A DNA stretch of 54,767 nt, from the NCBI GenBank assembly GCA_045596965.1, contig JAZODI010000054.1, forward strand, positions 1 through 54,767, in the 5' to 3' direction. Under the pieces are notes generated by a model that did not search any database, was not told the origin of the DNA, and saw nothing but the letters and a program-made list of their open reading frames with translations. Source of the stretch: Eubacteriales bacterium (GTDB lineage: Bacteria > Bacillota > Clostridia > Oscillospirales > QAKW01). The number at the start of each line of letters is the position of its first letter. Position 1 is the first letter of the stretch. The position numbers and the translations under genes were made by a program. Of this stretch, positions 1 through 8,593 are shown one piece after another.

Positions 1-1
1 C

Positions 2-1378
2 GGTTATCAGGCATTGGGCAAGGTTCTGACCGAAATGACTCCTGCCGATGTTATTCAAATCATCAAGGATTCCGGTCTGCGTGGCCGTGGCGGCGGCGGT
101 TTCCCCACCGGCCTGAAGTGGGATCTTGCTTCCCGCACCAAGGCAGATGTGAAGTATGTCTGCTGTAACGCCGATGAAGGTGACCCGGGCGCATTCATGG
201 ATCGTTCTGTTTTGGAAGGTGATCCCCACGCCATCATCGAGGCGATGGCTATCGCTGCTTACGCTGTTGGCGCTTGCAGAGGTTTTGTCTACATCCGTGC
301 TGAGTATCCCATCGCTGTAAACCGCTTGCAGATCGCTATCAATCAGGCTCGTGAATACGGTTTGCTTGGCGAAAACATTTTTGGTACTGATTTCAATTTT
401 GATATGGAGATTCGTCTGGGCGCCGGTGCGTTTGTTTGCGGTGAGGAAACTGCTTTGATGACCTCCATCGAAGGTAACCGCGGCGAACCCCGTCCTCGTC
501 CGCCTTTCCCCTCCGAAAAGGGTATCTTCCAGATTCCTACCATGAACTGCAACGTTGAGACCTATGCCAACATTCCTCAGATCATTCTGAAGGGTGCGGA
601 TTGGTTTGCTTCCATGGGTACTGAAAAGTCCAAGGGTACCAAGGTCTTCGCTCTGGGCGGTAAGATCACCAATACCGGCCTTGTCGAGATTCCCATGGGT
701 ACCACCCTGCGTGAGGTTATTGAAGATATCGGCGGAGGTATCCCCGGCGGGAAGAAGGTTAAGGCTGCTCAGACCGGCGGTCCTTCCGGCGGTTGTATTC
801 CGGCCTCTTTGATCGATACTCCCATTGACTATGATAACCTGATTGCTATCGGCTCCATGATGGGTTCCGGCGGTCTGATCGTTATGGACGAAGATAACTG
901 CATGGTTGACATTGCGAAGTTCTTCCTGGAGTTCACCGTTGATGAATCCTGCGGTAAATGTACTCCCTGCCGTATCGGCACCAAGAGAATGCTGGAGTAT
1001 TTGGACAAGATCACTTCCGGTAAAGCAACTATGCAGGATCTGGATGATCTGGAGCAACTTTGCTACTACATCAAGGCAAACGCCCTTTGCGGCTTGGGTC
1101 AGACTGCTCCTAACCCTGTTCTCTCTACTCTGCGTTATTTCCGCGATGAGTATGAAGCGCATATTCTGGAGAAGCGTTGCCCTGCCGGCGTATGTAAGGA
1201 TCTGATGCGCTATGAAATTACCGACGCATGTAAGGGTTGTACCCTCTGCGCCCGCAACTGCCCGGTCAATGCCATTGAAGGTACTGTTAAGAATCTGCAT
1301 ACCATCGACCAGGATAAGTGTATCAAGTGCGGCGTCTGCATGAGTAAGTGTAAGTTCAACGCCATCATCAAGAAGTAA
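2..1378 (+). CDS. hydB: NuoF-like NADH/FMN-binding subunit of a multimeric (bifurcating-type) [FeFe]-hydrogenase; 5' end outside window
   Basis: The frame is open to the window edge (GYQALGKVL precedes the first ATG at 14). NuoF signature [24 protein letters not shown] cluster motif, and two C-terminal ferredoxin motifs ([23 protein letters not shown]). Directly upstream of hydA. Confidence 0.85.
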   Translation, partial: GYQALGKVLTEMTPADVIQIIKDSGLRGRGGGGFPTGLKWDLASRTKADVKYVCCNADEGDPGAFMDRSVLEGDPHAIIEAMAIAAYAVGACRGFVYIRAEYPIAVNRLQIAINQAREYGLLGENIFGTDFNFDMEIRLGAGAFVCGEETALMTSIEGNRGEPRPRPPFPSEKGIFQIPTMNCNVETYANIPQIILKGADWFASMGTEKSKGTKVFALGGKITNTGLVEIPMGTTLREVIEDIGGGIPGGKKVKAAQTGGPSGGCIPASLIDTPIDYDNLIAIGSMMGSGGLIVMDEDNCMVDIAKFFLEFTVDESCGKCTPCRIGTKRMLEYLDKITSGKATMQDLDDLEQLCYYIKANALCGLGQTAPNPVLSTLRYFRDEYEAHILEKRCPAGVCKDLMRYEITDACKGCTLCARNCPVNAIEGTVKNLHTIDQDKCIKCGVCMSKCKFNAIIKK

Positions 1379-1392
1379 AGGAGAGGTAGACA

Positions 1393-3150
1393 ATGCAAAT
1401 GATTAATTTAACAATCGATGGCACTCCGGTAAGTGTACCTGCCGGTACTACTGTTCTGGAAGCGGCCAGAAAATTGAATATTGATATTCCCACTCTGTGC
1501 TTTTTGAAAGAGATCAATGCAATCGGTGCTTGCCGTATCTGCGTTGTTGAAAACAGAGTGAATGGGATGGGCCGTTTGGTTGCATCCTGTGTATTCCCCG
1601 TAGCTGAGGGTATGGAAATCTATACCCACAGCCCCATGGTTCAGAATGCCAGAAAGAAGACTCTGGAACTCATTCTTTCGGATCATGATAAGAAGTGCCT
1701 TTCCTGCGTTCGTTCCGGTGATTGCGAATTGCAGCGCCTTTGCAACGAATACGGCGTGGATAAGGAAGATGCCTTTGAGGGTGATATGAACGTTTTTGAT
1801 GTGGATGATTCTGCTGTTCATATGATCCGCAACAATAATAAGTGCATCCTCTGCCGCCGTTGCGTCGCCGTCTGCGACAAGCTGCAGGGTGTAACCGTTA
1901 TCGGTGCCAATGAGAGAGGCTTTGCTACTCATATTGGCTCCGCCTTTGACGACGGCCTGGGCATGACCTCCTGCGTATCTTGCGGTCAGTGTATTGTTGC
2001 TTGCCCCACCGGCGCCTTGGCTGAAAAGGATGATACCGATAAGGTATGGGAAGCTTTGGCTGATCCCACCAAGCATGTTGTTGTTCAAGTTGCTCCTTCC
2101 ATTCGCGTAACCTTGGGCGAATCCTTTGATATGCCCATCGGCACCAATGTGGAAGGTAAGATGGTTACCGCTCTGAAGAAGCTCGGCTTTGATAAGGTAT
2201 TTGATACCGATGTTACCGCTGACCTTACCATCATGGAAGAGGCCAACGAATTGATTGAGCGTGTTCAGAAGGGCGGCGTTCTGCCCATGATCACCTCTTG
2301 CTCTCCCGGTTGGATCAAATATTGCGAGCATTATTTCCCCGATATGATTCCTCATCTTTCCTCCTGCAAGTCTCCTCAGCAGATGTTTGGTGCTGTTTTG
2401 AAGACCTATTATGCAGAGAAGAATAACATTGATCCCAAGGATATCGTTAGTGTATCTGTTATGCCTTGCACCGCCAAGAAGTTTGAGGTTGGCCGCGAGG
2501 ATCAGAGCGCAGCAGGTATTCCCGATGTTGATATTTCCATCACTACCCGCGAGCTGGCCAGAATGATCAAGAGAGCCGGTATTGTCTTCACCAAGCTGGA
2601 AGACGGTGAGTTTGATCATCCTCTGGGTATCGGTTCCGGCGCCGGCTTGATCTTCGGTGCTACCGGCGGTGTTATGGAAGCCGCTTTGCGTACGGCTGTT
2701 GAGACCCTGACCGGCGAAGAGCTTGGCAAACTTGAGTTCGAAGATGTTCGCGGCACCGCAGGCATCAAGGAAGCTTCCTATAAGGTTGGCGATCTGGACG
2801 TTAAGGTTGCTGTTTGCTCCGGTCTTGCCAATGCCAAGGAACTGCTCAAGAAGGTTCAGTCCGGCGAAGCCGACTACACCTTCATCGAGATCATGGGTTG
2901 CCCCGGCGGTTGCGTAAACGGCGGCGGTCAGCCTTATCAGCCCGCTTCGGTTCGCAACTATGAGGATCTGCGCGCCATGCGTGCAAAGGCTCTTTATGAT
3001 ACCGATGCCGCTATGACCTTGAGAAAATCCCATGAGAACCCGGTTGTTAAGGAACTTTATGATTCCTACTTCGATCATCCCGGCAGTCATAAGGCTCATG
3101 AGGTTTTGCATACCTCCTATGTTGCCAGAAACCGTTTTGGCGATCAGTAA
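1393..3150 (+). CDS. hydA: [FeFe]-hydrogenase catalytic subunit (NuoG-like N-terminal Fe-S modules plus H-cluster domain)
   Basis: H-cluster motifs L2 (MPCTAKKFE) and L3 (EIMGCPGGCVNGGGQP) are present; L1 reads TSCSPGW. N-terminal 2Fe-2S and 4Fe-4S Cys clusters. RBS AAGGAGAGG upstream of the ATG. Confidence 0.92.
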   Translation: MQMINLTIDGTPVSVPAGTTVLEAARKLNIDIPTLCFLKEINAIGACRICVVENRVNGMGRLVASCVFPVAEGMEIYTHSPMVQNARKKTLELILSDHDKKCLSCVRSGDCELQRLCNEYGVDKEDAFEGDMNVFDVDDSAVHMIRNNNKCILCRRCVAVCDKLQGVTVIGANERGFATHIGSAFDDGLGMTSCVSCGQCIVACPTGALAEKDDTDKVWEALADPTKHVVVQVAPSIRVTLGESFDMPIGTNVEGKMVTALKKLGFDKVFDTDVTADLTIMEEANELIERVQKGGVLPMITSCSPGWIKYCEHYFPDMIPHLSSCKSPQQMFGAVLKTYYAEKNNIDPKDIVSVSVMPCTAKKFEVGREDQSAAGIPDVDISITTRELARMIKRAGIVFTKLEDGEFDHPLGIGSGAGLIFGATGGVMEAALRTAVETLTGEELGKLEFEDVRGTAGIKEASYKVGDLDVKVAVCSGLANAKELLKKVQSGEADYTFIEIMGCPGGCVNGGGQPYQPASVRNYEDLRAMRAKALYDTDAAMTLRKSHENPVVKELYDSYFDHPGSHKAHEVLHTSYVARNRFGDQ

Positions 3151-3160
3151 GTAATTAAAT

Positions 3161-3191
3161 AAGGAGTTCCGCAAGGAACTCCTTATTTTTT
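3161..3191 (+). terminator. Rho-independent terminator after hydA
   Basis: AAGGAGTTCC-GCAA-GGAACTCCTT hairpin followed by ATTTTTT. Confidence 0.8.
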
Positions 3192-3214
3192 ACACTTTTT
3201 TCATTATTTAGATA

Positions 3215-3243
3215 TTCACAAATTCAAATATCTATAGTATAAT
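3215..3243 (+). promoter_or_regulatory. SigmaA-type promoter candidate for the 3277 gene
   Basis: TTCACA, 17 nt spacer, TATAAT, about 35 nt upstream of the start codon. Confidence 0.5.
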
Positions 3244-3276
3244 ATAAGCATCGTATTTTAAAACGGAGGTTTTACC

Positions 3277-4815
3277 ATGGGTAAAGGAAAAAGAGTCCGT
3301 GAAGGACGCGCTGCCGAAAAGGAAGCGTTAAAAATTGCTGCTGCCAAAAAGGCAAAAAAAGATCGGGCAATAAAGATCACCAGTATTGTTGTTGCGATCG
3401 TTTTGTTTGTTTCGTTGCTGGGCGGAACTATCTATCATGTTGTTCATTCTTCGGCGTATTCCCGCGGCGATATTCAGCGCGGAACGGTTGTTCTTGAGTC
3501 GGATAACTATACCGTTGATGCGGCGATGATGTCCTACTATGTTTTTTCTACTTATAATGGCTTTGTCAATCAGTATTCCAGTATGCTTTCTTCTCTTAGC
3601 CTGGATACTTCTAAATCCATTAAGACTCAAAAGAGTCCTTTTGGTGATGGCACCACTTGGTTTGAATATTTTTGTGATCAAGCCTCTAGTCAGGTGAAGG
3701 AGTATGTTTATCTTGCAGAAGCGGCTTTGAAGGAAGGCATGAAACTGGATGATGAGGATCAAAAGAGCATCCAGAAAATCATTGATAATTACTATGCCTA
3801 TGCTAAGGAGCAAAATGTATCTAACGAGAAATTCCTCGGCTTGGCATTCGGCACCGGTGTGAAAGAGGGGGATGTTCGCAAATGTTTGGAACTTTCAACC
3901 CTGGCCGATAAGTATTACACTGAATATCAGAACGGATTGAAATATTCTGATGAAGATGTCGAAAAATATTATAATGATAATATAGATTCTTATCGGTATG
4001 TTGATTACTTGAGTTATGCCTTTGTTGCCTCCAGTACTTCGGATTCGGCCACTTATGCTGCAGCAAAGAGCAAAGCCAATGAGCTTGCCGACGTATCCGG
4101 TATCGAAGAGTTCGAGAAACTGGTTGAAAAGGATGTTCGTGCCTCGGCGGAGATTACAGATGATTACACCCAAAAGGATCTGGACGAAGACGTTAAGGAA
4201 GAATTAGAACTTCTGAAGTCGGAGCAGGTGACTTTTGTTGAAGATGATGCCGTTTCCAAGTGGTTATTTGAAGAGGCAAAAGTGGGTGAAACCTATGTTC
4301 ACGATGATGAGGCCGGAACTTATACGGTCTACTATTGTACTGCAACACCCTACCGTGACGAAACCATCAGCCGTACCATTCGCAATATACTTTTGACTGA
4401 GAATACTTACGGTGAGGATGAGGTTGAAAAGAAAGCGGCTTCTCTGCTTGCTGAAATGACCGAAGCAGGCCTGACTGAGGAAACCTTCAAGACCTATGCG
4501 ATGGAATATAGCGAAGATACCAACACCTATAATAATGGTGGTCTTTGCGAGAATTACTCAGAGGCATCTCTGGGCGAGGAAATTAGCGCATGGGCTTATA
4601 GCAAGGATCGCAAAGAAGGCGATTTCGAGGCTGTGAAGATGGATGGCGGTTATGCCCTTTGCTATTATATCGGCGAAGGCCTTCCCGCTTGGAAATCTAC
4701 CTGCATTAATGCTTTGAAAAACGAAGATTATAATGCTAAAGTTGAAGCCTGGGAGAAGGATGTTTCCTTGAATGAAAATGAAAAGGGTTACAAACAAATT
4801 TCTTCGAATGTTTAA
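3277..4815 (+). CDS. Membrane-anchored PrsA/SurA-like foldase with a parvulin (PpiC)-type domain, probably catalytically degenerate
   Basis: Lys-rich N-terminus followed by one TM helix (ITSIVVAIVLFVSLLGG). The C-terminal region resembles a rotamase fold (RNILL...NNGGL...GGYALCYYIG). Assignment made by eye only. Confidence 0.55.
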   Translation: MGKGKRVREGRAAEKEALKIAAAKKAKKDRAIKITSIVVAIVLFVSLLGGTIYHVVHSSAYSRGDIQRGTVVLESDNYTVDAAMMSYYVFSTYNGFVNQYSSMLSSLSLDTSKSIKTQKSPFGDGTTWFEYFCDQASSQVKEYVYLAEAALKEGMKLDDEDQKSIQKIIDNYYAYAKEQNVSNEKFLGLAFGTGVKEGDVRKCLELSTLADKYYTEYQNGLKYSDEDVEKYYNDNIDSYRYVDYLSYAFVASSTSDSATYAAAKSKANELADVSGIEEFEKLVEKDVRASAEITDDYTQKDLDEDVKEELELLKSEQVTFVEDDAVSKWLFEEAKVGETYVHDDEAGTYTVYYCTATPYRDETISRTIRNILLTENTYGEDEVEKKAASLLAEMTEAGLTEETFKTYAMEYSEDTNTYNNGGLCENYSEASLGEEISAWAYSKDRKEGDFEAVKMDGGYALCYYIGEGLPAWKSTCINALKNEDYNAKVEAWEKDVSLNENEKGYKQISSNV

Positions 4816-4826
4816 TGATCGATAAT

Positions 4827-4859
4827 AAAAAGGAGTGTGCTTACGCACACTCCTTTTTT
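4827..4859. terminator. Bidirectional terminator between convergent genes
   Basis: AAAAAGGAGTGTGC-TTAC-GCACACTCCTTTTT with A-run and T-run flanks. The right arm overlaps the last codons of the minus-strand gene. Confidence 0.75.
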
Positions 4860-5512
4860 ACTTTGGTTCGAATGAGTTTATGCCAGGGGATCACATAACT
4901 GATCAGATAGAGGGGGATGGATAGACCAATCGCACCAAACATATCCAAGATGGAATGTTGCTTTACAAACACCGTTGAAAGGCAAATGGAAACAGTAAGT
5001 AAAGTAACAAGTACGATCAACCAAGGACGTTTTTTGCACCATTCATTTTTGGCCAAGGCAATATTCATACCAATGGAATTAAGGCAGTGGATACTCGGGA
5101 ACACGTTATAATTGGTGTCTCCTAATTGCAGAAGGCGAATGGCTTCGGTTAAAATGTTTCTTCTTCCAAGGGCCTCATAATCTACTCGCAGATTTTGATA
5201 ATTTGGAAAAAATGTATAGACAATCAAGCAGATGGTCATTCCAACATAAAGGAATAAACACATCCTTAAGAAATCAGATTTGTTATTAAAAAATAAAAAC
5301 ACATATCCGATTGCAATATAAGCAAACCATAGAAAATAGGGGATAACAAACCATTCGTTAAATGGAATCAAATCATCTAATTTGCAATACATTTCAATGG
5401 CATTGGGTTGCGTTGTTGAATGGATGTTAAGCCAACTGAACCACGGCAGATATATGAAGAAATAAATAACCATGGTGGCATGCCAATGTTTTTTCATGAA
5501 ATTTTTAAGCAT
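4841..5512 (-). CDS. PAP2-superfamily (PAP2_3-like) integral membrane phosphatase/transferase
   Basis: About 6 TM helices. PSIH and SILD motifs (FPSIHCLNS, KQHSILDMFG) are typical of the PAP2 C2/C3 boxes. Confidence 0.6.
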   Translation of the reverse strand: MLKNFMKKHWHATMVIYFFIYLPWFSWLNIHSTTQPNAIEMYCKLDDLIPFNEWFVIPYFLWFAYIAIGYVFLFFNNKSDFLRMCLFLYVGMTICLIVYTFFPNYQNLRVDYEALGRRNILTEAIRLLQLGDTNYNVFPSIHCLNSIGMNIALAKNEWCKKRPWLIVLVTLLTVSICLSTVFVKQHSILDMFGAIGLSIPLYLISYVIPWHKLIRTKVKKECA

Positions 5513-5523
5513 AAAAAAATCCT

Positions 5524-6543
5524 TTAATTAAATTTATAAAATTTCCGAACGATTTTATATGCACCGATCGTTATTTTGCGAATGATGGGGTTTTTATAGG
5601 CGTAAAGACCCGCCAGGGAACGATAGCGAAGATGGCCATATTGGTTGGGAAAGTTGATCTTTAAATAATGCCAATATTCCTTCAATTTTTGCAGGGCTTC
5701 TTTGGAACCGTCTAAGGTCAAAAGAAGCGCTGAAACCAAGACCATAATGCTGGCATAGTTGATCATAAAGCGATAAAGCTTTGGCTCTTTGCGCCGAATT
5801 TCGCTGAGATCGTGGGATTCCAGTAGGATTTTTGAAACTAAGATCTGCTGATCCACGCGCTTGATCATATTGGCTTCATTGACCGATTGATCGGAACGGC
5901 CGATATAATAGCGATAAAAATCCACATCGCAATAATACATGGTTTTAACCAGGGGCAGGGGCTTATATAAGTAAACATTATCCACATAGAAGGTGTGGAG
6001 GGGGATCTCCAGGTTACTCTGCTTCACCATTTCGGTGCGGTAAAAAACAGAATGCATGATCATATAGCGGGAAATATCAAAGGGGCCGCACTCGCTCCAA
6101 CTAAATTCTCGCTCTCTGGGGAAGATTCCGCGGTAATGGACGGTATGGGGCGAAGAGGCTTCGTGCTCATAAACATAGTTGCAGATGATAAGGTCCAAAA
6201 GACGCTCTTGCTTGTTATAGTGTTCAATAAGGGCTAAGATTCGCTTCAGCGCGTTGGGGTCTGCCCAATCGTCGCTGTCCACAACTTTATAATAAAGACC
6301 TTCTGCAACTTGAAGACCGGCCATAATTCCAGAACCGTGACCGCCGTTTTCTTTATGGATCACTTTAATGATCTCGGGATACTTTTCTTGGTATTCATCG
6401 GCAATTTTGCTGGTATTATCGGTGGATCCATCGTTAACTAAAATGATCTCTACCTGATTACCGCCCACTAATAAGGAATCAATGCAACGGCACATGTAAC
6501 TTTCGCTGTTGAAACAGGGAACAGCAAAGGAAATCAATTTCAT
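5524..6543 (-). CDS. Family 2 glycosyltransferase
   Basis: N-terminal GT-A motif (SFAVPCFNSESYMCRCIDSLL...ILVNDGSTDNT) and a DSDD (DxD-like) motif. RBS AAGGAG upstream. Confidence 0.85.
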   Translation of the reverse strand: MKLISFAVPCFNSESYMCRCIDSLLVGGNQVEIILVNDGSTDNTSKIADEYQEKYPEIIKVIHKENGGHGSGIMAGLQVAEGLYYKVVDSDDWADPNALKRILALIEHYNKQERLLDLIICNYVYEHEASSPHTVHYRGIFPREREFSWSECGPFDISRYMIMHSVFYRTEMVKQSNLEIPLHTFYVDNVYLYKPLPLVKTMYYCDVDFYRYYIGRSDQSVNEANMIKRVDQQILVSKILLESHDLSEIRRKEPKLYRFMINYASIMVLVSALLLTLDGSKEALQKLKEYWHYLKINFPNQYGHLRYRSLAGLYAYKNPIIRKITIGAYKIVRKFYKFN

Positions 6544-6578
6544 GGAAATTACTCCTTTTCAAACTTCGTGACTTTTAA

Positions 6579-6607
6579 AGTATATCATAGTCTGCTTAAT
6601 AAATCAA
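6579..6607 (-). promoter_or_regulatory. SigmaA-type promoter (extended -10) for the GT2/PAP2 genes
   Basis: On the minus strand: TTGATT, 17 nt spacer, TGaTATACT. The -35 overlaps the stop codon of the upstream ATPase gene. Confidence 0.55.
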
Positions 6608-7668
6608 GTTTTACGATAAAGGTCATTGATGAAGTTTTCCTTTAGCTGCCGGGTGGCGGTATGGTCCATGCCTTTGGCATATTCATTTTCGATCTCCATA
6701 TGAATATAGCGGGCTTCGGCTAATTTATCCACAGCCAGGAGAAGAATTTCTTTTTCGAGGCGCTTAATAAAATTGAGTTTATTTTTATTAGATTCCAGGT
6801 ATTCTTTTTCAAGTGAGTTTTGTAGATTTATTTTTCGCAGTATATTTTCTTCTGCTATTTCTCGGACGAAAAGGCCATCTTTGGTGATGATAGAGAGGTT
6901 TGCTTTGGGGATGATCATGTGTTGCATGGTCTTTTTTCCGCTGAGTGGATGAAAACTGTTGATGTGGTCAATCCCTCGCTTGGAAAGCTGGTGATCCAGA
7001 TAGGATAACAGCACATGGCTTATTTGCCATCGATCCTCTAAGAGGATAAAGTTTTTTCCTAATTTTTCAAAAGTTTCCCAAAGGGTGAGCATACCGTCCG
7101 GCGAAATGGAGGATAAGAAGCGGTTTTTTATCGAGGCATCTCTTCCGGCAGGATCCCATAGCGCGTTTTGCCGCAGGATTTTATCACCGATGTATTCAAT
7201 CTTTGCATGATCCAGATGTGGATTCAGAGCGGAAAAGAGGGTGTTTTTTAAGGATAGTGCGCTTTGAAGTAAACTGTAACAATTCTCATAAATTTTGCTC
7301 TTTTGGTCGCTTAACGCTACAATTCTTTCTTTATTGAGTTTTTTGGAATCCCATCCGATTCCTAAATCAAGAATATTTCCTCCTACACCCGGATATTTTG
7401 GTTCATGGCTGTGGGGTTTGGTTGCGTCGATGATGATGGTGTTTTCTTTAGGGAGGACAACACCGTCGAGGCTGGAAGGATCCCCGGAGCAAAGGATCAA
7501 CTCTGCGTGATCCGTATGTTTGGCGATCTCTTTCATGAAGGTGCTTTTTCCGCTTCCGGGGCCACCTTTTATGTAGAATACTTTATGCTTTTTTTCGTTT
7601 AGCAGCGTATCAAAGAAGGAAATAAATCCTAAACCGCTGTTTGCGGCACAAAAACTTTCGAATTTCAT
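6604..7668 (-). CDS. Uncharacterised P-loop NTPase (about 354 aa)
   Basis: Walker A motif GGPGSGKST. I prefer the start at MKFESF because GGAGGTGATAAT lies directly upstream; the longer ORF start at 7716 has no RBS. It resembles a conserved hypothetical ATPase family of spore-forming Firmicutes (from memory, unverified). Confidence 0.6.
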   Translation of the reverse strand: MKFESFCAANSGLGFISFFDTLLNEKKHKVFYIKGGPGSGKSTFMKEIAKHTDHAELILCSGDPSSLDGVVLPKENTIIIDATKPHSHEPKYPGVGGNILDLGIGWDSKKLNKERIVALSDQKSKIYENCYSLLQSALSLKNTLFSALNPHLDHAKIEYIGDKILRQNALWDPAGRDASIKNRFLSSISPDGMLTLWETFEKLGKNFILLEDRWQISHVLLSYLDHQLSKRGIDHINSFHPLSGKKTMQHMIIPKANLSIITKDGLFVREIAEENILRKINLQNSLEKEYLESNKNKLNFIKRLEKEILLLAVDKLAEARYIHMEIENEYAKGMDHTATRQLKENFINDLYRKT

Positions 7669-7712
7669 ATTATCACCTCCGTTTATCATATGTTTTGATC
7701 CCGTCTTTGTTC

Positions 7713-7742
7713 GCATAAGAAAAGATCAATATGGAGATAATG
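7713..7742 (+). promoter_or_regulatory. Forespore sigmaF/sigmaG-type promoter upstream of sigG
   Basis: GCATA, 15 nt spacer, GGAGATAATG. This fits the remembered sigmaF consensus GYATA-N15-GGnnAnAHTR at every specified position. It lies about 30 nt upstream of the sigG ATG. Confidence 0.6.
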
Positions 7743-7770
7743 AGTGTAACAACGATTTGCGGAGGTGGCT

Positions 7771-8538
7771 ATGATCAATAAGGTGACGATCAGCGGTGTC
7801 GACACATCGAAATTGCCGATTCTGACCAATGATGAAAAAAACGAATTATTGCGACGGATCAAAGCGGGGGATAAGAAAGCAAAAGATCAGTTTGTGGAAG
7901 GAAATCTGAGGTTGGTACTATCCATCGTGCAACGCTTTGCGGGGAGAGGCGAATGTATGGATGATCTATTTCAGGTGGGGTGTATCGGTTTAATTAAGAG
8001 CATTGATAATTTTGATCTTAGCTTAGGCCTACGGTTTAGTACCTATGGGGTGCCGATGATTTTAGGTGAGATTCGACGGTACCTGCGGGATAATAATATG
8101 GTGCGGGTATCCAGGGCGACGCGAGACCTTGCTTATCGTGCGCTAACGACAAAGGAAAAATTGGCAAATGAAAAAAACCGCGAACCGAACGTGGGGGAGA
8201 TTGCTAAAGAAATGGGGGTAAAAAAAGAGGAGGTCGTTATGGCGTTGGATGCGATTGTGGATCCCATCTCGCTGTTTGATCCGGTTTACTCTGATGGAAA
8301 TGATGCGATCTATGTTATGGATCAGGTCAGCGATGGTCGCGGGGGCGAGGATTGGTTGGATGAACTTTTGATTAAGGATGCCATCAATAACCTCCCAGCA
8401 CGGGAAAAGAATATTATTGAACTGCGCTTTTTGGAAGGTAAAACTCAAATGGAGGTGGCGGAAGAAGTGGGAATTTCTCAGGCGCAGGTGTCGCGTTTGG
8501 AGAAGGGTGCAATGGAACGGATCAAGGGGCAACTGTAA
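7771..8538 (+). CDS. sigG: Sporulation sigma factor SigG
   Basis: Near-collinear with B. subtilis SigG: ISGVDTSKLPIL, GNLRLVLSIVQRF, DDLFQVGCIGLIKSIDNFD, FSTYGVPMILGEIRRYLRDNN. ATG at 7771 follows GGAGG; the track start (GTG at 7765) is less likely. Confidence 0.9.
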   Translation: MINKVTISGVDTSKLPILTNDEKNELLRRIKAGDKKAKDQFVEGNLRLVLSIVQRFAGRGECMDDLFQVGCIGLIKSIDNFDLSLGLRFSTYGVPMILGEIRRYLRDNNMVRVSRATRDLAYRALTTKEKLANEKNREPNVGEIAKEMGVKKEEVVMALDAIVDPISLFDPVYSDGNDAIYVMDQVSDGRGGEDWLDELLIKDAINNLPAREKNIIELRFLEGKTQMEVAEEVGISQAQVSRLEKGAMERIKGQL

Positions 8539-8554
8539 CACAGTTGCCCCTTTT
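8526..8554 (+). terminator. Rho-independent terminator overlapping the sigG stop codon
   Basis: GGGGCAACTG-TAACA-CAGTTGCCCC followed by TTTT. Confidence 0.85.
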
Positions 8555-8593
8555 AATCATAGTCTGTAATATATTGTTTTGGGAGGTTGGAAA

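Noticed and set aside
1408-3174. A 588-aa ORF on the minus strand covering the whole of hydA.
   Set aside because: It is in codon register with hydA (both coordinates are 1 mod 3). Its openness therefore only means hydA contains no TTA, CTA or TCA codons, i.e. strong codon bias in a highly expressed gene. The translation is low-complexity, with no RBS or motif. It is a mirror-frame artefact, not a gene.
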